DNA of 64,000 nt from Felis catus (Eukaryota): NCBI RefSeq assembly GCF_018350175.1, contig NC_058368.1, positions 59,956,001 through 60,020,000 on the forward strand. The letters run 5' to 3'. How positions within the stretch are numbered: the first letter of the stretch is position 1; the number at the start of each line of letters is the position of its first letter. Positions 1 to 12,331 of this stretch are shown piece by piece. The notes beneath the pieces are model-generated. The model did no database searches. It saw nothing but the letters and a program-made list of their open reading frames with translations, and was not told the origin of the DNA. The translations under genes were made by a program, and so were the position numbers.

Positions 1-756
1 TCTATATATTTAATTCATCATATATAAATAAAAATACATTTTAACATGTAAAATCAAAGATTTAAAGAGAATACAAATTAGTTAACACTTCCTTAGTACC
101 AAGATAGAACAGAAACAATAAAAATCCAATAATTTTATATATGAATATCACTTCTTTCTGTAACAAAGCAAACATATAAATTTGAAAGCATAAAAATAGT
201 GAAAAATTACATTTTAAGTATTGTTAATGAATTTAAATAAAATACTTTCAATAAAAAAGATAAAAATCCCTATATTATTGTCTAATAATAAAATGTTAGG
301 AGTTCTGTTTAATCACTGAAAAAAAAGGGAGTTATTTTTCTTAAATACTACATACATTTTTCTTTATTTTAAAGATGCTCTTAAAATATTTGCTCTGCAA
401 TATTTTGCTTTATGATATAAGTTATACTTCTAATGAAGTAAGAGTTTCCACTAGTTTGTAATTAATTTACCTAATTGGACCAAAAATGTCAAATACATTT
501 AATTTCACTATGTTTGAAACTACTCATTTTGATCTCTCACACACTTGTAACAGAAGCCACTTTGTCCAACCCAGTTTAACATTGTCAGATATATGAATTA
601 ACTTGTAATTATTCCTCTCCCACACTTATTAATTAATTCAAAATTATTTATTATATATTTATTGTGGGCAAGGAATAAGACATAGTACTTTCTCATTCCT
701 ATATAAGACTTACCAAGGTCTCATATTTTCCTTTGGGCTACCACAGGGACAAAATT

Positions 757-758
<2 letters not shown>

Positions 759-797
<39 letters not shown>
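759..797. repeat. (CA)n microsatellite
   Basis: Seen directly. Confidence 0.97.
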
Positions 798-798
<1 letters not shown>

Positions 799-1019
799 AC
801 ACACTGACACACACAGAAAAAAGGTTCTAGTTTGGGGTAATATTCCTATATTTATACATTTATTTAATTTATTAATTTACCCAATCCTATTTATTGAGTA
901 TTTTTATATGCAAAGTACCTCATATGGCAAGCAAAATAAGTGAATAAATCTGTTCAAGTAGATAAATAAGTAAAATATAAGGTGGTGTATTGTTAAGGTT
1001 TAAATATATAGATACTTTT

Positions 1020-1229
1020 GGGGCGCCTGGGTGGCGCAGTCGGTTAAGCGTCCGACTTCAGCCAGGTCACGATCTTGCGGTCTGTGAGTTCGAGCCCCGC
1101 GTCAGCCTCTGGGCTGATGGCTCAGAGCCTGGAGCCTGCTTCGGATTCTGTGTCTCCTTCTCTCTCTGCCCCTCCCCCATTCATGCTCTGTCTCTCTCTG
1201 TCTCAAAAATAAATAAATGTTAAAAAAAA
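1020..1229 (+). mobile_element. CanSINE, young felid subfamily
   Basis: tRNA-like head, (CT)n, A tail; perfect 19-bp TSD taaatatatagatactttt at 1001-1019 and 1230-1248. Confidence 0.97.
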
Positions 1230-1597
1230 TAAATATATAGATACTTTTAAAATAAAATATAAATATAATAATAATAATAATATAAATATAAATTTAAAAA
1301 CTTTGCCATTTCATCCCAAATGCAAATTGTGTAATGTATTATTTCTTTAAGTACAAGTAACATATCAAGCTTATGGAAAAATACAAACATGAGAAATTCT
1401 TTGACTCCAAATACTAAATCAAAGAATTAAAAATTTTCCATTAAAATATTTATTAATTTATTTTCCTCCACTGTTTACTACAGATAAGCCCTGTAATAAT
1501 TCTTTGTTAGTTGAAACTTTGTTTTTCATAAAAGGTATCTCAATTATTTGTTGTATTACCTACCTAAGCCTCTACCCAACACACTTACACATTTGTA

Positions 1598-1988
1598 TTT
1601 TTTTTTAATATGAAATTTCTTGTCAAATTGGTTTCCATACAACATCCAGTGCTCCTCCCAACAGGTGCCCTCCTCAATGCCCATCACCCACCCTCCCCTG
1701 CCTCCCACTCTCCATCAACCCTCAGTTTATTCTCAGTTTTTAAGAGTCTCTTATGGTTTGGCTCCCTCCCTCTCTAACTCTTTTTTTTCCTTCCCCTCCC
1801 CCATGGTCTTCTGTTAAGTTTCTCAGGATCCACATAAGAGTGAAAACATACAGTATCTGTCTTTCTCTGCTTGACTTATTTTACTTAGCATAACACTCTC
1901 CAGTTCCATCCACGTTGCTACAAAAGGCCATATTTCATTCTTTCTCATTGCCAAGTAGTATTCCATTGTGTATATAAACCATTTCTTA
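1598..1988 (-). mobile_element. 5'-truncated felid L1 (3' UTR and ORF2 C-terminus)
   Basis: T tail at ~1598-1606; 3' UTR closely matches 40780-41000; encodes ...[16 protein letters not shown]...FSLLCGS. Confidence 0.93.
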
Positions 1989-2577
1989 ATGCACGTATGT
2001 ATACATTCTCCTATCATCCCTTTAATGCTTAGTTAGTGAGAATCTTCTAGATGAAGGACGATGTACTAGGATCATGAATGGGCATTAAAATCAATGATGT
2101 CTGGAAGACGTTTATTTGGCATTTAGAATTTAACTTCACTGAATCTCAGAATTATAGTGCATGATAAAGTACTAATGGCCTCTAAGCTGTCATGAAAATA
2201 TTCTTCAGAAAAATCTGACACATCACTATGTTGTGGTTTCCTCTGCAACATCACCACGATACCTTTTAAGACTCATTAAAGAGAGGGATTCCAAAATATA
2301 AATGGAGTTCAGACGTTCTGCAATTAAGAAAACAATAATGTCTATGAGACCATTTTAGGAAACTTCATAATATTCCAGCCCTCACTTCTCTCTCTCTACT
2401 GTCCTAAATGCACTATACAAGCAAACTCCATTACTTGCTTACTAATGAACACATGCCCACCCTTCCTAGTCTCCATTTCAACCGTTTTCTCTAATTATGA
2501 AATTCGAAAAGTCATTTCCATTACTTATTGGTGATTTGGATAACTCCTCCCTCTTTGGCATTCTCCAACACGCGCCA

Positions 2578-2621
2578 ACACGTGCGCGCGTGCGCACACA
2601 CACACACACACACACACACGC
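2578..2621. repeat. (CG)/(CA)n alternating purine-pyrimidine tract
   Basis: acacgtgcgcgcgtgcgc followed by (AC)n. Confidence 0.95.
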
Positions 2622-3134
2622 CTTTCAGACTTTCAAATGGTACAAATTATTGATAAAACCAGTGTCTCCTTTCTATGGAAATGCGGGTTCCAATCAATTC
2701 CTCTGATCACCCTTAAATACTAGCAGCCATCACATCTACCTTCAGTCTACCAGACATTAAAGACTGACTCCACAGAAAAATGCGTTCTCACAATTACTTT
2801 CTATTGTAACTTTTATTGTACTTTTTATAGTAATACCTGAGCACCTAATACTTTTTATTGGTTTTAATAATAGTAACAACAATGTCAAAAACAACAGTAA
2901 ATGACAATATAGTAACTCTGATAATTTCTTAGCATATATATTAATCAATGCAGTGAAACTAAAGTTTGCTATTATATTCACCTTTTACAAATGAGCTAAG
3001 TGATTAAGAGAAAATTTAAATAATTTGCCAAAGGTAACATTGTCAGTCTATGCCTAGAAGTAGTAATTCTAAAGCCTGATTTGTATGCTTTTTCCATACT
3101 GCCTGGTATGTTAAAGCTTTTACCAAATTTGTTG

Positions 3135-3137
<3 letters not shown>

Positions 3138-3176
<39 letters not shown>
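3138..3176. repeat. (TTA)n microsatellite
   Basis: Seen directly. Confidence 0.95.
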
Positions 3177-3179
<3 letters not shown>

Positions 3180-3904
3180 TTTATTGCAGCTGGGTACATT
3201 TATGTCTCTGTTATTTAGACTGTTACATTTTAGAGAGAGAAGTTTATATGATTTTAATCTTTCATCTATCGTCATGCTTGTTATAGTGGCCTAGTAAAAA
3301 TAATATTCATCATGTATTTACTGAATTTAGTAGTTAATAGAAAATAAGTCATAAGTATCACAAGAATACCTCATTACACTGTTTTAAAAAATTAGTTTTA
3401 TTTCCCATAATCTCATTTCATTTAATGCTAAAATTAAATATACTTAATTTTTCCACTTGGAGAGAATTGGATAAAAGTGGAAAAGAGTTCTGATCTTGTC
3501 ATAAAGCCCACTAATAGCTCCTGTATAAATTCTGTTAAATTTCAAATCAGATTTTTTTTTAAGTACAAGTGTGTGGGCTGTGATCTTGACAAGCTTCTGA
3601 AAAACTCTTATCAGACTCTGGTTGCTCTGGTGATCAACCATCTGTTTATACAATTGCAATTTTATTTCCTTCAGAAAATTAGAATAAAAAAGGAATTGAG
3701 AGCTACTATGCTTGTGTTTTTCATCCTACTATGTTGTTATAGGTTGTTAGTATTGGAAACTAGCAACTATGATCATCCAAATAGTTTTAAGAAGAAAGAT
3801 TTTGATTTTATCTGAAAGTTAAAAGTTATGATTTTTAATAGCTTATGATAATTTGCTGATAAAATCATTTAGCTTAATATGTAAGAATTAATGTAAATAC
3901 AAAT

Positions 3905-5190
3905 TATTATTTTTAATTAAAGTATAGCTGACACATAATGTTACATTAGGTTCAGGTGTGCAACATAGTGATTCAACAACTCTATATGCTATGCTCACCC
4001 CAGTGTAGCTACCATCTGCCACCATAAAATGGTAGTACATTACCATTGACTATATTTCGTATGCTGCATGTAGCTTTCATCCCTGTGACTTGTTCATTCC
4101 ATAAGCTGGTACCTCCCACTCCCCTTCACCTATTTTGCCCACCCCTCTACCCTCCTTCTGTCTGGCAACCACCAATCTTCATACCACATCTCGGTTACCA
4201 CATCTTTATCCATTCATCTATCTATGGACATTTAGGTTGCCTCTGTATCTTGGGTATTGTAAGTAATGCTGCAATAAACATAGGAGGGCAGATACCTTTT
4301 CTAATTAATGTTTTTGTTTTCTTCAGATGAACACCCAGTTGTGGAATTATTGGATTATACGGTATTTCTATTTCTAATTCTTTGAGGAACCTCCATACTG
4401 TTTTCCACAGTGGTTTCATCAATATGCATTCCCATCAATAGTGAATGAGGGTTCCCTTTTCTCCACATCTCACTAACACTTATTTCTTACCTTTGTTATA
4501 TTAGCCATTCTGACCGATGTAAAATTATATCTCAGTGTAGTTTTGATTTACATTTCCCTGATGATTAGTGATGTTGAGCATATTATCATGTGTCTGTTGG
4601 CCATTTCCTGTCTACTTTCGAAAAATGTTTATTCAGGCTCTCTGCTCATTTTTAAATCAATTTATTTGGACTTTTTTTTTGTGTGTGTTGGGCTGTATAG
4701 GTTCTCTATGTTTTCTTACTATTGGAATATAATTGGCATGCAATGCTTTATTAGGTCCAGTTGTACAACATATTTAACAAATGTATGTATATATATTTGT
4801 TTTGTTCAAGATTTTCTTCACTGTGCAAAAGCTTTTGGTGTAGTCTCAATAGTTTATATTTGCTTTTGTTTCCCTTGCCTGAGGAGACATATCTAGAAAA
4901 ATGTTTCTAAGTCTGATGTCAAGGAGATTACTGCCTATGTGTTATTTAGAGAGTTTTATTGTTTCAGGTCTCATACTTAGGTACTTAATCCATTTTTAAT
5001 TTATTTTTGTGTGTGGTGTAGTAAAGTGGTATAGTTTTATTCTTTTGTAAGCAGTTGTCCAATTTTACCAGCACCATTCTTAGAGAGACCGTCTTTTCCC
5101 CACTGTATATTCTTGCTTCGTTTGTCATAGATTAATTGACCATATAAGCCTGGGTTCATTTCTGTGCTCTCTATACTGCTCCACTGAAAT
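3905..5190 (-). mobile_element. Older carnivore L1 3' fragment with internal deletions
   Basis: L1 3'-end motif (tatagctgacacataatgttacattagg...) and decayed ORF2 C-terminus (PLWKTVWRFLKELEIEIPY...). Confidence 0.85.
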
Positions 5191-5967
5191 TAATATAGAC
5201 TTATAAGTAAAAGAAATGGAATGTTTTTATTTTTAATTTTAAAAGAATCATTCAAAATGGTTGTGACAGGGAAGTATGCCAAGGTCAGATTAATATAAAT
5301 ACGACAATAATTATAATTAAACCACTTATTTATTGTATAGTGCATTTAGGAAAAAAATTTGGGGAAAGAGGGGAAGAAGATAAAAAAAAATCCCTGTCAA
5401 AGTGACAAAAGTCTGAAATTCATTTTCCAAATTCTAAAGAAAATTTATCCAATATTTTATTTCCTCAACTCTTTTCATTGGATGGCAAAAAAGAAATGTT
5501 TTTGAAAATTTCTGTTGAAATTTCATACAGATTTGACAACTAAGCAAAGTTGGGAGTGACATGAAAGGGAGAAATTGGAGCAGAAAAAAAGGAAGCAAAC
5601 TTACTAAGGTGAATTTTTTTCAATTTTGTAAATTTTATAAAAGTATTGTGACTTTAAACATTATTAAGACCCTCTCTGTGCCTGGGAAGAGGCAGGCCCA
5701 TACAAGTGAAATCCACAGATTCTGAGCTTTATGACCCTCTTAGTAATTCAGACTCTGCTCATTATATATTTTCCTTAGCTTTACTGAGGTATAATTGATA
5801 AACAAAAAATTGCACACATTTAGTAGACACAATTTAGAAATTTTCTTGGTCTCTTATTAATATGTAAAACCAGGAGACTTGTTGAAATTTCATGTTTGAC
5901 AACTAAGCAATGCAGGTTGATCAAGATTCTCTTTATTTAGATTACTACATGTCATTACCCACTTGTT

Positions 5968-6119
5968 ATATTAGTGTTCTATTGCTCCCAGAACAAATTA
6001 CCATGAATGTAGTGACTTAAAACAAAGGAAATTTATTATATTTCAGTTCTCTAAGTCCGAGTTAGATACAGGTCTCCCTAGGCCAACATCAAGGTGTGGG
6101 CAAGGTTTCATCCACTTCT
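5968..6119 (-). mobile_element. MaLR (MLT1-type) LTR fragment, cut by the L1
   Basis: Resembles the reverse complement of an MLT1 3' end (acaaattacca...gtgacttaaaacaa...atttatt...cagttct...atcaaggtgt). Confidence 0.65.
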
Positions 6120-6588
6120 TTTTATTTTATCTTACTTCATTTCATTTCATTTCATATTTCATTTCATTTCATTTCATTTTTTTATTTTTATAATTTACTG
6201 TCAAGTTAGCTAACATGCAGTGTATACAGTGTGCTCTTGGCTTCAGAGTAGGTTCCCATGATTCATCACTTAAAACACCCAGTGTTCATCCCAACTAGTG
6301 CACTCCTCAATTCGCCATCACCCATTTTCCCCGCCCCCTCAGCCCCTCACTCCCTTCCAGCCTCAGTTTGTTCTCTGTATTTAAAAGTCTTATATGGTTT
6401 GCCTCCCTCTCTGTAACTATGTATTTTTTTCTTTCCCTTCCCCCATTGGTCTTCCGTTAAGTTTCTCAACTTCCACGTATGAGTGAAAATATATCATATC
6501 TGTCTTTCTCTGACTTATTTTCTGAGCATAATACCCTCCAATTCCATCTGTATTGTTGCAAATGGTAAGATTTCATTGTTTTCCATCA

Positions 6589-6592
<4 letters not shown>

Positions 6593-6633
<41 letters not shown>
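6593..6633. repeat. (TA)n microsatellite
   Basis: Seen directly. Confidence 0.97.
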
Positions 6634-6638
<5 letters not shown>

Positions 6639-6641
6639 CAC

Positions 6642-6855
6642 TTTTTTTAAATTTTTTTAACGTTTATTTTTGAGACAGAGAGAGACAGAGCATGAATGGA
6701 GGAGGGTCAGAGAGAGGGAGACACAGAATCCGAAACAGGCTCCAGGCTCTGAGCTGTCAGCACAGAGCCCGACTCGGGGCTCGAACTCACGGACCGCGAG
6801 TTCGTGACCTGAGCCGAAGTCGGCCGCTCAACCTACTGAGCCACCCAGGCGCCCC
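6642..6855 (-). mobile_element. CanSINE inside L1
   Basis: Ends ...gagccacccaggcgcccc; T tail; CpGs retained. Confidence 0.95.
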
Positions 6856-7972
6856 TATAACACATCTTCTTTATCCCAGTTGATGGACATGGACATTTGG
6901 GCTCTTTCCATAAGTTGGCTATTGTTGATAGCACTGCTATAAACATTGGGGTACACATGCTCCTGTGAATCATCACCCCTGTATCCTTTAGATAAATTCC
7001 AAGTAGTGCTATTGCTGGGTCGTAGGGTAATTCAATCTTTAATTTTTTGAGGAACTTCCACACTGTTTTCTAGAGTGGTTGCACCAGTTTGCAAAAGTGT
7101 AGCTACTACCCAAAGCAATCTACAGATTCAATGCAATCCCAATAAAAACAGCACCAGCATTCTTCTCAGAGTTAGAACAAACAATCCTAAAATTTGTATG
7201 GAACCACAAAAGACCCAGAATAGCCAAAGTAATGTTGAAAAAGAAAACCAAAGCTGGAGGCATCACAATGCTGGACTTTCACCTCTACAACAAAGCTGTA
7301 ATCATCAAGACAGTATGGTGTTGGCACAAAAACAGACACTTAGCCAATGTAAAATTATGTGAAGCAAGAAGTATTTTGCAAATATGGAAATGAAATATTT
7401 GTACTGTTTTTTAGGCATAACAGAAAAGCAAAGAAAACGAACACCAAAAAAGAAATAAATTTTTAATTGCCATGGTTGTACTCAGAGAAGAAGAATTTTT
7501 TAAGATACTAGTATTATTTCAGAGAGTTTTTATAATGCACAAAAACAATCACCTCCAATAGGCCAGATTTTACATATTCTTTACAAGTAAGACACTGTAA
7601 TGGGGGAAACAATCATAACTCAGAGACAGTTTTAGCAAGTTGTTTCTGCAAAGTGATCTATAATACAATAAAATACAGAAACACACACTCAGAGTTTCTC
7701 AGGATGATTGCAACATAAGCAGATAAAAATCTAGCAATAATTAGAACAAAATTAACATATTCACTCTACTAGTTTAACTTGTGCTTGATCAACCTAAAAG
7801 AGAGAGAAAATCAAATACTTGCTGTACAAGAATCAAAATGGCCTTTGAATCATAGGCTCACTTCTGTTAAATTAGGTTACTGCAGAAAAAGTAAACGCTT
7901 ACATAAAAACTTACATATTTTATACCATTTGTAGACTAACCTTATACAGGAAATATATATTTTTCATATATC

Positions 7973-8147
7973 CTTTTTTAAATGTCTATTTATTTTTGAG
8001 AGAGAGGGACAGAGAAAGAGGGAGACTAGGGTCTGAGCAGGTCTGTGCTGACAGCAGAGTCCTGTGCGGGGCTCCGACCCACAAACGGTGACATTGTGAC
8101 CTGAGTCGAAATCGGACACTTAACCAACTGAGCCACTCTGGTGCCCC
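7973..8147 (-). mobile_element. CanSINE
   Basis: Decayed head ...gagccactctggtgcccc, (GA)n, T tail. Confidence 0.9.
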
Positions 8148-8775
8148 AATAATATTCTTGACCTAACACATAGGTCATCCTTGGTGCCTGTTTATCAAAT
8201 ATCACTTCTCATCCTTGCTCTTTGGGAGCGAATAATATGCTATGCGTAATGTTAGTGATATCATCATAAAAAAGTGAATCCCAGGGACTTTAAACTCTTA
8301 AATGAAGACAAAGTTTCAATCAAGATAATTGTTTTGATTCAATTCGCAAAATAAGAATGGGCCTGAACTGTACTTAAGGTGATTAAGAAAAATAACATAT
8401 AATGAACATTTTTCTTAACGTTCTAAAATTCTTAAAAAAGGAAAAAACAAGTGGGCTACAATTAATAAATAGACAAATTTTATATTATATGTTGACGAAT
8501 CCAAAGAGTTGCAGAATTATTTGGTCATTAAACATTTCATGCCAATTCGTAATTTTCCCCCTTCCAACAAATTGTGCTAACTTAAAAATTTCATCTGGTT
8601 TTTAAACGCAAGTTAAAAGATAAGACTATTTGGTGTATATGCCCATGTGCTGTATCTACATGCAATTTCAAAGGACACACTAATAATTATTTAAGGAAAA
8701 GAAAAGATTTAAGAATACTGATTGTTCTCTTCAATACTGGAAGTCTGCTCCTCTGAATTAAGAGTTGACTCTTCT

Positions 8776-8985
8776 GGGGGCACCTGGGCAGCTCAGTCGG
8801 TTAAGCATCTGACTTCAGCTCAGGTCACGATCTCACAGTTTGTGAGTTTGAGCCCTGCGTGGGACTTTGTGCTGACAGCTCAGAACCTAGAGTTTGCTTC
8901 AGATTCTTTGTGTCCCTCTCTCTGCCCCTCCCCCGGTCGCACTCTGTCTCTCTCCCTCTTAAAAATAATAAATAAACATTAAAAA
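8776..8985 (+). mobile_element. CanSINE
   Basis: ggggcacctggg head; imperfect TSD aagagttgactctt / aagagtttgctctt. Confidence 0.93.
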
Positions 8986-9893
8986 AGAGTTTGCTCTTAT
9001 GTTACAAGCATGTGACAGTTCAAATGTCCCTCTCAATTAAGCTACACATACTCCTATCAGGTAAATTAATGTCCATTAGGTAGAATTACATTTTTTTTTC
9101 AATTTCATATTAGCAGAATTATGCTGGCTGCACTTAATGATAAGAGCTGTTCCAGTTGTCAGATGGGACCTACCACATTTCCTGTAACCAGAGTAAAAAC
9201 CAATTGACACAGTCCATTCATTGTAATGTAACAAAAACAAAAACAAAAAACAAAAAAAGCAAAAAACAACAACAAAAAAGGAAACATGGTTGTACCACTT
9301 TGTTTTATTAATAGATTCTTGCTTTACTGTGTCAGCATGATGTTGGTCTAGAGAGTGCAACCATTGTTTCATAAACAAACTTGCTAGGAACATTATAACA
9401 TTACATTCTCAAGATGTAGTCATCCATCCAACTATGCCAAGGACTAGGAATTGTCTTGTTACTTTTAAGATGGTATACAACAGTATTTCCCTGAAACATT
9501 AAATGATATATAATGTTAGTTTTACAGGATCATCCTAGTTCATATTAATTTAACATCAGACAGTAAGAGAAATAGAGAATACCAGGTGTTTATCATTGAC
9601 AATATAAAAATTTCATAAACTCTGTTAATGTCACTGGGAATGTCAAGAAAATATAGCTGAATGGTTTTGTTTAAAAACTAACTTAAGATATTGGGAATTT
9701 GTGTCCTCTGTGATGCAGATATCTACACTACAATGTATATGTGTAAGGGAAAAGAAAGGTGTCCCTTTTTCTCCTATTTTGTTAGATGAAGATTAAAATG
9801 ACAACCTTCCCTACACACACACTGAACAGTTTAGAAATCTCTACACTACAATATCTGTTATTCATGTTATATCAACATTAAACAGTTAACACA

Positions 9894-10090
9894 GGGACAC
9901 CTGTGTGGCTCAATTAGCTAAGCATCAGACTTCAGTTTAGGTCACGATCTCATGGTTTATGAGTTCAAGCCCTGCATCAGGCTCTGTCCTGACAGTGCAG
10001 AGCTGGCTTGGGATTCTCTCTCTCTCCCTCTCCCTTTGTCCCTCCCCCACTTGTGCTTTCTCATAAATAAATCAATAAACTAACAAAAAA
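9894..10090 (+). mobile_element. CanSINE
   Basis: gggacacctgtgtggctc head, (CT)n, A tail. Confidence 0.9.
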
Positions 10091-10752
10091 TTAACATTAT
10101 ATTAATGTCATAATTATATACTCAGGGATTTTTAAAAAGCAATCCTAGACTATACAGAGAATAATTCAACATCTAAAAGCACAATGAATTTGCCATGTTA
10201 AAAACTGAAATCATTTTCCTTCTCCTCAACATATCCTCTATTCTTCATTATGGTTAGGGATCCCTTATAATTATTTTACATATCTTAGACAAAGTTCTAT
10301 AAATCAATTCCTATAGATAATTTCATATCTATAACTAAGCTTATTGGAGAATAATTATGATGATTTCAGAGATCCTCAGCTTCTAAATAATGTCTTATAT
10401 TTTATCTAATTGAATCTATAAAAAATTAGAAGGAATATTGTCAATATAATCAGTACTGAGTAAGTTACTCTTCTTCAAACTTTCAGGGCTTCTACTTTGT
10501 TGAATTTCAAATACAGATAGCACTAGATATTACCAAAATGTATATTAACTTGCAGTAATGATAGTGATGGGTGTTTTACTTTTCTAATATAATACCACAT
10601 TTGTAATTTCCTTATTAGGACATCACTTTTAAAAACATGTGAGTGACATTGAGATAACACAGGTAATCAGACTGACAAATTAAACTCACAAGAGTTGGAG
10701 GTATTAAACTTTACTAATAATTCAAATGATAGTGATAAAAAAACACAGGCTA

Positions 10753-10958
10753 GGGGCGCCTGGGTGGCGCAGTCGGTTAAGCGTCCGACTTCAACCAGGT
10801 CACGATCTCGCGGTCCGTGAGTTCGAGCCCCGCGTCAGGCTCTGGGCTGATGGCTCAGAGCCTGGAGCCTGTTTCCGATGCTGTGTCTCCCTCCCGGGTT
10901 CATGCTCTGTCTCTCTCTGTCCCAAAAAGAAATAAACGTTGAAAAATAAAATAAAATA
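10753..10958 (+). mobile_element. CanSINE, young subfamily, short internal deletion
   Basis: TSD aaaaaacacaggcta on both sides; lacks the tctctgcccctcccc block. Confidence 0.95.
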
Positions 10959-11871
10959 AAAAAACACAGGCTAAACATGGAGTATGAGACAGCCAACACA
11001 ACTCTTAGTTTCTACCTAGCTCTATTGGTGGGCACTCTGACTGAGATTGAGCATATGAGGTATCTGAAGTGGTATACAAGGGACATCACCTTCAGAAAGA
11101 GAGCTATTTCAGTTAAAAATACCTTCACATTTTTTTTTTGTCCAGGAATTGTGTATCTATCATTGTTATTTTTAAAAAGTCACATACTTTACATAGATCA
11201 TACATTTCAATTTTGGGATTATAAGCAACCTTTGGGTAGTTTGGGTACATCCTGTTGAAGATATCATAAGAAGGTTCTGTGGGTATATTTACAGAATACT
11301 TTTACTGAGCTTTTTTTTTTTTTTGATGTTTTCCCAAGGCTACAGACTAGCTGCTAACTCTTTACTTACCAAGCATGAAATTCAGGAAAGTGTCATGGAG
11401 ATTAATATGTTATAATGTTAGACATATATTCCTAATGAAATATATAGCCCTGAATTACCTTGTCTGTTTATTTTTAAAAAATCTGAAACAGTATCGCATC
11501 ACTCTCCTAAATCACATGGTAATTTTTAAACTTAAGCAGATTTTTTTCGCACTGAAAAGTTAAAAGGTTTATTATGCTGTTTTTGCAAGATTTTGATAAT
11601 TTATTTTATTCTGATATCCGACCAAAAGGAATGTATAAAATCAGATAAAATATAATGGGGGAGGAGTTACAATCAAGTAAAATATCAGCGTGAATCACAA
11701 AACAGTAGAAAAATAAAGCAATCTGAAGTGAATGATACAATTTAATCTTTTTTTAAAAATCTGTTCTATACCTTATTTTAAAGAAATAAGTAAGAAAAAC
11801 ATTGTTTGCCAACTACCCAGCTAATAATGGAGGATAATTTATCAAGGTCAGAAATGAATAAGATGGGGGTG

Positions 11872-12078
11872 GGGCGTCTGGGTGACTTAGTCAATTAAGC
11901 CTCTGACTTTGGCTCAGGTCAGGCATGATCTCAGGATTCTCGAATTCCAGCCCTGCAGGGTTCTCTGCTGTCAGTGCAGAGCCCACTTCCAATCTTCTGT
12001 CTCATTCTCTCTCTCTCTGCCCCTCTCCGCGGGCATGCCCTCTCTCTCTCTGAAAAATAAATAAACATTTTAAAAAAA
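11872..12078 (+). mobile_element. CanSINE
   Basis: ggggcgtctgggtgact head, (CT)n, A tail. Confidence 0.9.
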
Positions 12079-12124
12079 TGAATGAGTAAATATTTTTTAC
12101 AATACTTAGAAATAAATAATTATC

Positions 12125-12331
12125 GAGGTGCCTGGGTGGCTCAGTCGGTTAAGCTTTCAACTTTCGCTCAGGTCATGATCTGGCAGTTTGAGTTCCAGCC
12201 CCATGTCAGGCTCTGTGCTGACAGCTCAGAGCCTGGAGCCTGCTCGGGATTCTATGTCTCCCTCTCTCTCTGCCCCTACCCTGCTCGTGCTCTGTCTCTC
12301 TCTCAAAAATGACATTTAAAAATGTATAAAA
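12125..12331 (+). mobile_element. CanSINE
   Basis: TSD ttagaaataaataattat on both sides. Confidence 0.93.

Larger units (their letters stand above)
6120..7343 (-). mobile_element. 5'-inverted L1 (minus to 7093, plus 7094-7343) containing (TA)n and a SINE
   Basis: Minus-strand 3' UTR/ORF2 end ([21 protein letters not shown]) switches at ~7093 to plus-strand ORF2 sequence ([14 protein letters not shown]...WHKNRH). Tail has decayed to (TTTCA)n. Confidence 0.88.

Noticed and set aside
990..1223. Recurrent GAPGWRSRLSVRLQPGHDLAV... ORFs (also at 10726 and 19029)
   Set aside because: Translations of CanSINE copies, not a gene family.
3477..3815. 112-aa ORF and other 60-130 aa ORFs in AT-rich DNA
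   Set aside because: Low-complexity I/L/F/K composition, no domain motifs and no exon context.
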